A DNA stretch of 45,571 nt from Patescibacteria group bacterium (lineage in GTDB: Bacteria; Patescibacteriota; Patescibacteriia; Patescibacteriales; UBA12465). How positions within the stretch are numbered: the stretch's first letter is position 1; each line of letters begins with the position of its first letter. Under the pieces are notes generated by a model that saw only the letters and a list, made by a program, of their open reading frames with translations, had not been told where the DNA came from and did not search any database. Positions 26,419-34,150 of this stretch are shown piece after piece. The stretch lies in assembly GCA_049294415.1 (NCBI GenBank), contig JBAQCS010000037.1:1-45571 (forward strand), in the 5' to 3' direction. Both the position numbers and the translations under genes were made by a program.

Positions 26419-27705
26419 ATGAAAAAAATAAATATTTTAAAAAACAATTCAATATCTAGTAATACATTTACGGCAAATATTAATTTTTTTGATTTGCAAA
26501 AAATAGCCAGATTAACCGTTAGAGATGATGATAACAAAGAAGATTCATATCAAAGAAGAATTGATCCGGAAAGAACAAAAAAAATAGTTAAATATATTGA
26601 GAAGAGTTTATTTACTGAAGATGAGGATAGATTAATGGACAAAAGTGATATTGTATCTTTATTCCCATCTTCAATAATAATAGCGTTTGATTCAGAAATA
26701 ATTGAAGACGAAGATGATCAAAATTTTGATAATTTAACTATATACAAAAACGGAGATAATTATGAACTCTTAATTCCAGAAAAGATTGATAATAAGCCAG
26801 CATTAATTGTTGACGGTCAACATCGATATGCTGGTGTTAATTATTTTTTTGAAAAATATTCGAATTTAAGAAATTTGGTAACCATTGAATTTCCAGTAAC
26901 TATTTTATTAAATTATGATTTTTATCAGCAATCAGGGGTTTTTGCTAATGTTAATTTTAATCAAAAACAGGTTAATAGATCTCTTTACTATGATATTTTT
27001 GGAGAAATGCCAGAAGATAAAAATGATATAACATTTGTTCATTTTTTATCTAAATATTTAAACAATGAAAATGATAGCCCATTTAAAGGAATGATTAAGA
27101 TGCTTGGTGATGAAAAATTTGGCATAATAACTCAGTCATTTATTTCGGAGTGTATAACGCCTTTAGTTAGAAAAAATGGTATTTTTTATAAATATTTTTG
27201 CGAATATAAGGATGGCAACAGCGGTAAAGAGTCATTTAATTTTGTTCTTAATTGTATAAAAGAATTTTTTAATATAATAAAAGATAATTTTCCCGATCTA
27301 GTCCCAAAGAAAAATATTATAGGCTATTATGTAAGACAAGAATATAAAAGTATAGTCTTTAAAACAACTGGAATAGGAGCGCTTTTCAAGTTGCTAAATT
27401 ATGTTGGCATTGATAATCAATTAAATGAAGTGTATATAAAATACTTAAAGGAGGAAAATATTTTTAATGATCCTGCTTATTATCAAGGTGCTGGCAAGGG
27501 GATGCAAGACAAATTGTTTAAAAGAATTAAAAATATTATTGACTATAAAAAAGATATTATTGGTAAAGAGTTTAATAATTCAATAATAGATGATATTAGA
27601 TTAAAAGACGTCGATGGAAGATTAATGAATGAGATTTTTATGAGAAATGGTACAAAAACATTAATTAATGATATTGAGTTAGAAGAAATAAGAAAGTTAT
27701 TTTAA
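26419..27705 (+). CDS. DGQHR-domain (DndB / ParB-like) protein
   Basis: YQRRIDPERTKKIVKYI, ALIVDGQHRYAGVNYF and FANVNFNQKQVNRSLYYDIF are the DndB-family signature blocks. I chose the ATG at 26419 (MKKINILKNN); the track start 26341 overlaps the previous gene. Confidence 0.8.
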   Translation: MKKINILKNNSISSNTFTANINFFDLQKIARLTVRDDDNKEDSYQRRIDPERTKKIVKYIEKSLFTEDEDRLMDKSDIVSLFPSSIIIAFDSEIIEDEDDQNFDNLTIYKNGDNYELLIPEKIDNKPALIVDGQHRYAGVNYFFEKYSNLRNLVTIEFPVTILLNYDFYQQSGVFANVNFNQKQVNRSLYYDIFGEMPEDKNDITFVHFLSKYLNNENDSPFKGMIKMLGDEKFGIITQSFISECITPLVRKNGIFYKYFCEYKDGNSGKESFNFVLNCIKEFFNIIKDNFPDLVPKKNIIGYYVRQEYKSIVFKTTGIGALFKLLNYVGIDNQLNEVYIKYLKEENIFNDPAYYQGAGKGMQDKLFKRIKNIIDYKKDIIGKEFNNSIIDDIRLKDVDGRLMNEIFMRNGTKTLINDIELEEIRKLF

Positions 27706-27714
27706 AAAGCTTAT

Positions 27715-28407
27715 ATGAAATCCCCCAAAAAAATAGCCATCTTCGATATTGACGGCACTATCTTCCGTTCCAGCCTACTTATCGAATTAGTAGAAGCCTT
27801 GATTAACAACGACCTATTTCCACAAAAAGCCAGAAATATCTACGCTCAAGCTTATAAGGATTGGTCTAACCGCCAAGGCTCTTATGAAGATTATATTGAT
27901 GCGGTAGTTTTAGCTTTTAAGAAAAATATTAAAGGCACAAATCATGATGCTTATCTTAAAATTGCTAAACAAGTAGTTAGTGACAATAAAGATAGGGTTT
28001 ATCGCTATACTCGTGACTTAATTAAAGATTTAAAAAAGAAAAATTACTACTTACTAGCTATATCTAATTCTCCTAAAGAAATAGTTCAAAGTTTTTGTCA
28101 TGAATTAGGATTTGATAAAGTTTATGGTCGGGAGTATGAAGTTGTTAATAAAATATTTACAGGAGAAACACTTCATTTAGATCTTATTTCTGATAAAGCT
28201 AAAATGTTACAGCACGCTATAGAAAAAGAAGAACTAACTTTAGTTGATTCAATTGGTGTTGGTGATTCAGAGGGCGATATTCCATTACTCAAGATGGTTG
28301 AATATCCTATTTGTTTTAATCCTAACAGCAAACTTTATGTTAAGGCTAAGAAATATGGTTGGAAAATAGTAGTGGAGAGGAAAGACGTCATTTATGAGAA
28401 AATTTAA
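27715..28407 (+). CDS. HAD-superfamily (subfamily IB, SerB-like) phosphatase
   Basis: Motif I IAIFDIDGTIF, motif II ISNSPKE, motif IV GVGDSEGDIP. Starts 9 nt after the DGQHR gene stop. Confidence 0.8.
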   Translation: MKSPKKIAIFDIDGTIFRSSLLIELVEALINNDLFPQKARNIYAQAYKDWSNRQGSYEDYIDAVVLAFKKNIKGTNHDAYLKIAKQVVSDNKDRVYRYTRDLIKDLKKKNYYLLAISNSPKEIVQSFCHELGFDKVYGREYEVVNKIFTGETLHLDLISDKAKMLQHAIEKEELTLVDSIGVGDSEGDIPLLKMVEYPICFNPNSKLYVKAKKYGWKIVVERKDVIYEKI

Positions 28408-28414
28408 ACTAGAA

Positions 28415-28451
28415 AAATAAAAAAGCCCGGAAATTTCTTCCGAGCTTTTTG
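28415..28451. terminator. bidirectional rho-independent terminator
   Basis: A-run, then GCCCGGAA/TTCCGAGC hairpin (28425-28446), then T-run. It sits between convergent genes. Confidence 0.7.
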
Positions 28452-28473
28452 TTTACACCTTTGTGTGACTAAT

Positions 28474-29628
28474 TTATCTGAACTTTAATTTCACAATATC
28501 AAAGGCAGTTATTCCTTTGTCTGTGATGTCGCTGCACTGATTAATTATCCAAGCTGTTGGCTTAAAGAACAAAACCCCAGCCCAGCTTTTTGAGTAATCT
28601 GCGCCGTCAAAAGGATCGACTTCTCCGGTTAAAAAGGTATAGAAACGATTAATAGTTTTGCCACTGATAGCTGATATTATTTTTACCGCTAAAGCTGATA
28701 ACGCACCAGTTAGAAAAGCTACCAACCAAATAACTACCTGATTATCCAGATGATTGTAGTAGATGAAATAACAGATAGTGGTAACGGTTAGGGTTATAAT
28801 TAACACGCTTAATTCTTGTCGACTCTTTATTAATTGGATTATGTATTTACATAAACCAACTATGGCTATTAATATCAGGCTTATAACAAGTAATGTTAAC
28901 CCGTAAGAAAACATATAAATAATCAGAGTAATCATTCCTGCGACAAAGATAGCAGCCAACACCATCAAGCTAAAGAATTGAGCCGTCATCTTAACAATCA
29001 CGCCAATCGTTTTCCATTTAGTGTAGAATTGAAAATCGGCATAGAATTCATTTAAGGATTTTTCCGATATTTTTAGAGAGTTAATCCCCGTGCTAATAGC
29101 TAATGATAATAATGACAGTAATTTAAATGAATCAGAAAAAGACATTTTTTGACCACCACCTTCAAATTCTAAAAATCCAGCCTGATACATTAGATATCCT
29201 GTCGTGATAGATAGAGCCGCTAAAACAATTATTTCCTGAACTAAATAAAAGTTCATAGGGTGTTGTTTTAACCAACGGTTAAATTCCATAATTAATCTGG
29301 CCGCCCATTTCCCAAACATAATAAATGGTATTAGCAATACGCTCAGCCTTTTGAGATTAATTGAAAGCACTAAGTATTTTAATTTTTGGTAAGTTGCCTT
29401 AATCGGTAAATTGATATGAGGCAGCGTGAAGCTTAGCTTTTTAATTATCCAATTTGGCCAATTTGCCAATTTAGTTAAGTTGCGCCAGACGTAGCCCAGA
29501 AAACAACCGCAGAATGTTCCTATTGGAACCATTAGAAAATGGTGTTGTCCCGTAAAATAATAGGCATAACCGCCCATTAAAATACCCAGTAAGCCACCCA
29601 AAAAAGCAGACAATAATTTACTTTTCAT
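28474..29628 (-). CDS. hypothetical polytopic membrane protein (384 aa)
   Basis: About 9-10 hydrophobic helices. No catalytic motif recognised. Confidence 0.6.
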   Translation of the reverse strand: MKSKLLSAFLGGLLGILMGGYAYYFTGQHHFLMVPIGTFCGCFLGYVWRNLTKLANWPNWIIKKLSFTLPHINLPIKATYQKLKYLVLSINLKRLSVLLIPFIMFGKWAARLIMEFNRWLKQHPMNFYLVQEIIVLAALSITTGYLMYQAGFLEFEGGGQKMSFSDSFKLLSLLSLAISTGINSLKISEKSLNEFYADFQFYTKWKTIGVIVKMTAQFFSLMVLAAIFVAGMITLIIYMFSYGLTLLVISLILIAIVGLCKYIIQLIKSRQELSVLIITLTVTTICYFIYYNHLDNQVVIWLVAFLTGALSALAVKIISAISGKTINRFYTFLTGEVDPFDGADYSKSWAGVLFFKPTAWIINQCSDITDKGITAFDIVKLKFR

Positions 29629-29722
29629 TTTGCTAATTTTTAAGGTTCGATTTAACTAACTAAAATACCACTATCGTCAAATAACGTCAAGACTCATAGA
29701 TAATGGGTAATTGTCACTATAA

Positions 29723-29751
29723 TTGACAAATAATCAATTTTGTGATATAAT
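29723..29751 (+). promoter_or_regulatory. consensus sigma70-type promoter for 29789..30169
   Basis: TTGACA (29723-29728), 17 nt, TATAAT (29746-29751). Confidence 0.65.
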
Positions 29752-29788
29752 ATCTTTAGTTAATTAATAACACTAAATATACCAAATC

Positions 29789-30169
29789 ATGAAAGAACTA
29801 ATGTTTTTACTGCTTATCGTGTTCGCAATCTCCATGATCTTCGCTTATCGCCACAACCTGAAGCATTTCTTCAGAGAAATGCATTATGGTAAAGACAAGT
29901 ACGTCACCATAAAAGCTATTATGTATGGCGATTACGAAGAATTTCGGGAAGCGTGCTACAAATTAATTAATTTCGAACGCTTCGGGTACGGAGGATGTGG
30001 CTGCTCTTATAGTCACCCCTCTGAAGAAGAAAAGAGGCTGATTGTCGAAGTAGCTCGTCAAAAAGGCTGGTTGTTAAGATTTATGTCTGATACTTCGGAA
30101 AATATGAGAAAAGTTTTCATTTATCCTGACAGCGTTAAAGAAGAAGAAATTTTTAGTCCAATCTTCTAA
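29789..30169 (+). CDS. hypothetical protein with N-terminal TM (126 aa)
   Basis: MKELMFLLLIVFAISMIFAY anchor and a GYGGCGCSYSHP Cys-rich patch, followed by a terminator hairpin (30200-30228). Confidence 0.5.
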   Translation: MKELMFLLLIVFAISMIFAYRHNLKHFFREMHYGKDKYVTIKAIMYGDYEEFREACYKLINFERFGYGGCGCSYSHPSEEEKRLIVEVARQKGWLLRFMSDTSENMRKVFIYPDSVKEEEIFSPIF

Positions 30170-30234
30170 AAGTAAGTTTGAACTAATAACCTTCTAATGA
30201 GATCCAAGCAATTGGGTCTCTTTTTTTATACCAA

Positions 30235-30267
30235 TTGATTTTATTAATTCTAAGTATTAGAATTAAT
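30235..30267 (+). promoter_or_regulatory. promoter overlapped by a 10-bp perfect inverted repeat
   Basis: TTGATT (30235-30240), 17 nt, TAGAAT (30258-30263). ATTAATTCTA (30243-30252) and TAGAATTAAT (30258-30267) are exact reverse complements, 5 nt apart. Confidence 0.55.
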
Positions 30268-30305
30268 AAACGGTCTATTTTCAAAATCAATTAAATTAAA
30301 AATAT

Positions 30306-30476
30306 ATGTCTCACGAAATTGAAGCTGACTTCGTTGCTTATCACACTAACGAAGACAAGCAATGCCACAAATGCACTAGTTATGCTGAGTTTGACGGCAA
30401 AGGTTACTGCAGTGAATTACAAATGGAAGTACCTCCTGTTGGCCACTGCGATTTTTTTCAATCTAAAGACTTCTAA
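30306..30476 (+). CDS. 56-aa four-Cys protein, HiPIP-like (CxxC...C...GHC)
   Basis: The ATG at 30306 gives MSHEIEADFVAYHTNEDKQCHKCTSYAEFDGKGYCSELQMEVPPVGHCDFFQSKDF, stop 30474-30476. It is below the track length cut-off. The Cys spacing resembles small high-potential iron-sulfur-like proteins (C-x2-C ... C ... G-x-C). Confidence 0.5.
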   Translation: MSHEIEADFVAYHTNEDKQCHKCTSYAEFDGKGYCSELQMEVPPVGHCDFFQSKDF

Positions 30477-30484
30477 TCTAAACT

Positions 30485-30961
30485 ATGGATCACATAATTT
30501 CTCACCCCTTATTTACTAAGGGCCTTGTTCTGGTTGATAGCACTATTCACTGTCTTAGTCACTTTCAAAGAGTTGAAAAATTAGGACACATAATGGCTGA
30601 AGAAAATGGCGCTGATAAAAACGTTATTTCTTTATTTGCTTATTTACATGACGCTAGACGTCATGATGATTTAGATGATATCGGTCATGGTCATCGCGCT
30701 TCTTTATTACTTAAAGAATTAATAGCAGCGGAAGCTATAACTTTATCTGACTTCCAATATGATCAGTTAAAGATAGCTTTAGCTTGTCATGAACTGCGAG
30801 AGGCAACCTCTGATGATGTTACTATTCAAACTTGTTGGGATGCTGATCGCTTAGATTTATGGCGTGATGGCATTACCCCTAATCCAGATTTATTATTTAC
30901 TAAACAAGGTAAGAGTCAGCATATGATTAATTTTGCTAAAGAGTTAAACTTTGGAGTATAA
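30485..30961 (+). CDS. HD-domain metal-dependent phosphohydrolase-like protein
   Basis: H...HD...D pattern: CLSHFQRV, AYLHDARRHDD, CWDADRLD. Confidence 0.55.
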   Translation: MDHIISHPLFTKGLVLVDSTIHCLSHFQRVEKLGHIMAEENGADKNVISLFAYLHDARRHDDLDDIGHGHRASLLLKELIAAEAITLSDFQYDQLKIALACHELREATSDDVTIQTCWDADRLDLWRDGITPNPDLLFTKQGKSQHMINFAKELNFGV

Positions 30962-30988
30962 TATTAGTAAATTAATATTATAAAATTT

Positions 30989-31390
30989 ATGCTTATCAAG
31001 TGGAGTGATATTCATTCGGTTAATGTTAAAGAGTTTGATGAACAACATAAAAAGTTAGTAGAGATAATTAATGAATTTTTTGCTAACGGACCAGAGAAAA
31101 AAGAAGGACTTATGTTAATTGTTGGTAAGCTTATCGAATATGCTAATTATCATTTAGAAAACGAAGAAGCTTATTTTAAAAAATTTAATTACGAAGACAC
31201 GGCGGGTCATATTGAAAAACATAATTTTTATCGTCATAAAGTATTAGAATTATCTAAGAAATTAAATGATACAGATGGCGATGTAATTTTTAAGGAGTTA
31301 TCAGAATTCTTGCGAGATTGGTGGATTCTACATATTAATAAAATTGATCAAGAGTATAGTGAATTTTTTAATCAACACGGATTACTTTAA
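30989..31390 (+). CDS. hemerythrin-like (bacteriohemerythrin) metal-binding protein
   Basis: WSDIHSVNVKEFDEQHKKLVEIIN, HLENEE, HIEKH and WWILHINKIDQEY match the His/Glu/Asp diiron ligand pattern. Confidence 0.85.
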   Translation: MLIKWSDIHSVNVKEFDEQHKKLVEIINEFFANGPEKKEGLMLIVGKLIEYANYHLENEEAYFKKFNYEDTAGHIEKHNFYRHKVLELSKKLNDTDGDVIFKELSEFLRDWWILHINKIDQEYSEFFNQHGLL

Positions 31391-31497
31391 AGTTTATTAT
31401 TCAAAAGCAGCCTCAGGGCTGTTTTTTTATTGGTAAAAGTATCTTTATCAAATTTTCATGTCTAATAGTTTATAATAGTTTTAGCTCTTAAAAACTT

Positions 31498-31546
31498 TTG
31501 ACAGGTTAATCTATTTTATATACAATATGTTTACAATTGTAAACAT
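31498..31546 (+). promoter_or_regulatory. consensus promoter followed by a perfect 20-bp palindromic operator
   Basis: TTGACA (31498-31503), 17 nt, TACAAT (31521-31526), then ATGTTTACAATTGTAAACAT (31527-31546), which is its own reverse complement. Confidence 0.7.
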
Positions 31547-31564
31547 AATTAATACGATATAGAT

Positions 31565-32146
31565 ATGTTAGATTTTTTACGTAATGGTCAGGGAGAAATT
31601 TTAAATATTTTTTTTAATAACCCCGATCAAGCTTATTACTTTAGAGAAATAGCCAAGATTTTAGATAAGGAGCCGGCCTATTACCAAAGACAATTAAATA
31701 ATTTGGTTGATTTGGGTATCTTACAAGATGAACGCAAAGGTAATATGCGCTTTTTTAAATTGAATAAAGATTATTATTTATTTTCAGAATTAAAAAGTAT
31801 TATTTCCAAAACTATTGGCTTAGAATTTCAACTTAAGTCACTAGTTAATAAATTATCCGGAGTAGAAGCAGCTTTTATTTTTGGTTCTGTGGCTAGCGGT
31901 CAGTATAATGTTAATAGTGATATTGATTTATTGTTAATTGGACAAGCTGATCAGGATATTTTAGTTAAAGAACTTAGTAAATTAGAACGTCAGCTTGGTC
32001 GTGAGATAAATTATCATTTAGTTAGTCGTACTGAAGTTATCAAAAAAATTAAAAATCGTGATGGCTTTTTTATAAACATTTTTTCCTCTCCACTTATTAA
32101 TCTAAAGGGAGAGCCATATGAATTTATCAGTCTTATCAAACAATGA
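31565..32146 (+). CDS. winged-helix plus minimal nucleotidyltransferase (MNT-type) protein
   Basis: N-terminal wHTH (YYFREIAKILDKEPAYYQRQLNNLVDLGIL). NTase motif FIFGSVASGQYNVNSDIDLLLIG (GS-x9-DxD). Confidence 0.75.
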   Translation: MLDFLRNGQGEILNIFFNNPDQAYYFREIAKILDKEPAYYQRQLNNLVDLGILQDERKGNMRFFKLNKDYYLFSELKSIISKTIGLEFQLKSLVNKLSGVEAAFIFGSVASGQYNVNSDIDLLLIGQADQDILVKELSKLERQLGREINYHLVSRTEVIKKIKNRDGFFINIFSSPLINLKGEPYEFISLIKQ

Positions 32147-32164
32147 GTGGTTAGAAAACACTAA

Positions 32165-32193
32165 TTGACACCAGTAACTTTTTATCTTAATAT
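32165..32193 (+). promoter_or_regulatory. promoter of the membrane-paralog unit 1 (duplicated cassette, copy 1)
   Basis: TTGACA (32165-32170), 17 nt, TAATAT (32188-32193). The downstream leader CTGTTAATGTTATTTAAAAACTAAA...AGGAGG is repeated at 34094-34150. Confidence 0.6.
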
Positions 32194-32241
32194 AAGCTGT
32201 TAATGTTATTTAAAAACTAAATCTAAAAATAGGAGGTAAAA

Positions 32242-33138
32242 ATGAAAAACTTGTTGTTTTGTTTTCTGATGGCGCTAATGGTGCCGGTTTTTGGACAAGA
32301 TTTATCTGTAGACATCAATAAAAAAGGTGTTTATCAGATTTATAGTTCTCCGAAAGTTGTTCCCGACAAAGTCTTAATTGACTCTCTGCTATGGGTTGAG
32401 AATAATCTTCCTGATTATTTAATAATTGAAGTTTATCAAAAAGGTATAATAACTCGTGATTCTGATGTAGTAGCTATGAATTATAGTTATAAGGATTTAT
32501 GGCTAAAGCGCACCAAGGAAATAGATTATAAAATGGCTGTTTATTGTAAAGATATTAAAGTTATTAAAACAGTAACAAAAACAAGAATATCTTCTAATTC
32601 AGCGGCTGTAGAAATTTATTTTTTACTTTTTTCTATCCTAATTATTTTCTGTGCCTTATTTTATGTAGCTAAGAGTAATTATGGTAAAGATTATATTCAT
32701 GAAAAGGGGCGCTTTGGTTTATTTATGTTTGTACCCGTCGCTCTAAATTTGATAGTAGTATTTGTTATGTCTTGTGTTGTTGGTGGCATATCCTTGTGGT
32801 TTCTATGCTTAACTTTATTATCTTTTTTTGTTATTGCTCGCAACCAATCAGAATATCGTTGGACTCAGAAAAAATACTTAAATTATCAAAAGGTTAATTT
32901 TCTTTTAACTGTTTTGGCTATAGGAACTATAACGTTAAGTATTCTCCCGTTAATTATACTGCCGATAATCTTTGCGTTGATTTTTTTCTTATTATCACGC
33001 TCCGCCTTTTATAAAATAATCGGCTTAGCAAAATACCAAAAATATCGTCGAGATTTTAATTACGAGAAATACAGACAATATCTGTGGGACTCTAAATTTT
33101 TTGTTCAAAAGTATTTTAGTCATAAAAATAGGAGGTAA
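32242..33138 (+). CDS. hypothetical secreted-domain plus multi-TM protein (paralog family, member 1)
   Basis: Signal peptide ...VFGQD; YQIY, KDLWLKRT and YKMAVY blocks shared with members 2 and 3; 5-6 TM helices. AGGAGG lies 7 nt upstream of the ATG. Confidence 0.65.
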   Translation: MKNLLFCFLMALMVPVFGQDLSVDINKKGVYQIYSSPKVVPDKVLIDSLLWVENNLPDYLIIEVYQKGIITRDSDVVAMNYSYKDLWLKRTKEIDYKMAVYCKDIKVIKTVTKTRISSNSAAVEIYFLLFSILIIFCALFYVAKSNYGKDYIHEKGRFGLFMFVPVALNLIVVFVMSCVVGGISLWFLCLTLLSFFVIARNQSEYRWTQKKYLNYQKVNFLLTVLAIGTITLSILPLIILPIIFALIFFLLSRSAFYKIIGLAKYQKYRRDFNYEKYRQYLWDSKFFVQKYFSHKNRR

Positions 33139-33142
33139 AAAA

Positions 33143-33967
33143 ATGAAACAGTTATTATGCTTTTTGTTATTGGTGGTTTTATCCTTATTAGCTTATGGAC
33201 AAAAGCCAGAAACAGAAATTGTTATTGAAAAAGATAGTTCTTATCAAATCTATCAGATAAACAAAGTGCCGTTGGGGAAATTAAATTATGTTGATAAAGA
33301 TATTCCCTTGTACGCTGTTAACAAAGCTTATAGCCTTGGTTCAGCGGTTTATGATTCAACCGTTGTAACATGTCACTATAGCTATAAAAATCTTTGGCTT
33401 AAGAGAACTAGTGACTTAAATTATAAAACGGCTGTTTATAATGAGGCTACGCAAGAGGTAAAAATTATTAATACTATCGGTACTTGGCCTAAACTTCCTG
33501 CCTACGAAATTTATGTTTTATTGTTGGCTGTCGTAATTTTATTTTTTTCATTATTATTTGGCACCAAGGAAGACTATGATGGTTGGGACATCCAATATAA
33601 TCAGGTGATTGGTGCATCTTTTTGTTTTCCAGTGGCCTTTTGCATGGCGGTTAATATAATTGTTTATTTTAGTTTAGGTAGAAATCCTTTTACTTTGTTT
33701 GTTTTTAGTGCCGCTTGTTTTGTTTTTCTTGCGGCCATAATCAAAACTATCAAAGCCAATTGGACTAAGAATCTTTATCTTATCCTTCAAAAAATAGTTT
33801 TGCTGTCGACCTTAGTCTCTTTAGGAGTTATTACTCATAGTATAATTTTTCCTACTATTATCGCTGCACTGTTTATTGGAATCTTAAGTATTTTTATACC
33901 TATTAGATTTTCGAGTGTTAAAGTTCGGTCAGCGCCATCAGTGCCAAGTAATAAATTTATCGATTAA
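33143..33967 (+). CDS. hypothetical secreted-domain plus multi-TM protein (paralog family, member 2)
   Basis: I chose the ATG at 33143 (MKQLLCFLLLVV...), preceded by AGGAGGTAAAAAA. The track start 33101 overlaps member 1. Blocks YQIYQ, KNLWLKRT, YKTAVY. Confidence 0.65.
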   Translation: MKQLLCFLLLVVLSLLAYGQKPETEIVIEKDSSYQIYQINKVPLGKLNYVDKDIPLYAVNKAYSLGSAVYDSTVVTCHYSYKNLWLKRTSDLNYKTAVYNEATQEVKIINTIGTWPKLPAYEIYVLLLAVVILFFSLLFGTKEDYDGWDIQYNQVIGASFCFPVAFCMAVNIIVYFSLGRNPFTLFVFSAACFVFLAAIIKTIKANWTKNLYLILQKIVLLSTLVSLGVITHSIIFPTIIAALFIGILSIFIPIRFSSVKVRSAPSVPSNKFID

Positions 33968-34001
33968 GAGTACTAAATTAAACCCATAAAATTGACTTAA
34001 G

Positions 34002-34033
34002 TCCCGGTAGCACAAAGTTATCGGGATTTTTTT
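34002..34033 (+). terminator. rho-independent terminator (duplicated cassette, copy 1)
   Basis: TCCCGGTA-GCACAAAGT-TATCGGGA followed by TTTTTTT. Nearly identical to 34991-35024. Confidence 0.7.
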
Positions 34034-34064
34034 ATTTAATAATACATAAATAAAACTCTAATTA

Positions 34065-34093
34065 TTGACACTTTTCTTACTTTGTAGTACAAT
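34065..34093 (+). promoter_or_regulatory. promoter of the membrane-paralog unit 2 (duplicated cassette, copy 2)
   Basis: TTGACA (34065-34070), 17 nt, TACAAT (34088-34093), then the conserved leader CTGTTAACGTTACTTTAAAAACTAAA. Confidence 0.6.
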
Positions 34094-34150
34094 AATCTGT
34101 TAACGTTACTTTAAAAACTAAAAATAAATCTAAAATAGGAGAAATTAAAA

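Noticed and set aside
20017-28473. att-type direct repeat of the tRNA-Gly 3' end, an integrase, or a transposase marking the island ends
   Set aside because: Reading the island and its flanks, I found no repeat of GGTCCGATTCCCCTTACCCGC and no recombinase-like ORF. Short or degenerate repeats would need a computational search.
30319-30519. TTG-initiated 66-aa ORF in the track
   Set aside because: It has a non-ATG start and low-complexity, junk-like sequence, and it overlaps the start of the HD gene. An ATG ORF in another frame (30306..30476) gives a coherent four-Cys protein.
32147-32164. A HEPN toxin gene downstream of the MNT-type gene
   Set aside because: The frame opening at the overlapping ATG stops after 3 codons. 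The next 90 nt are the promoter and leader of the membrane-paralog unit, so no HEPN ORF is present.
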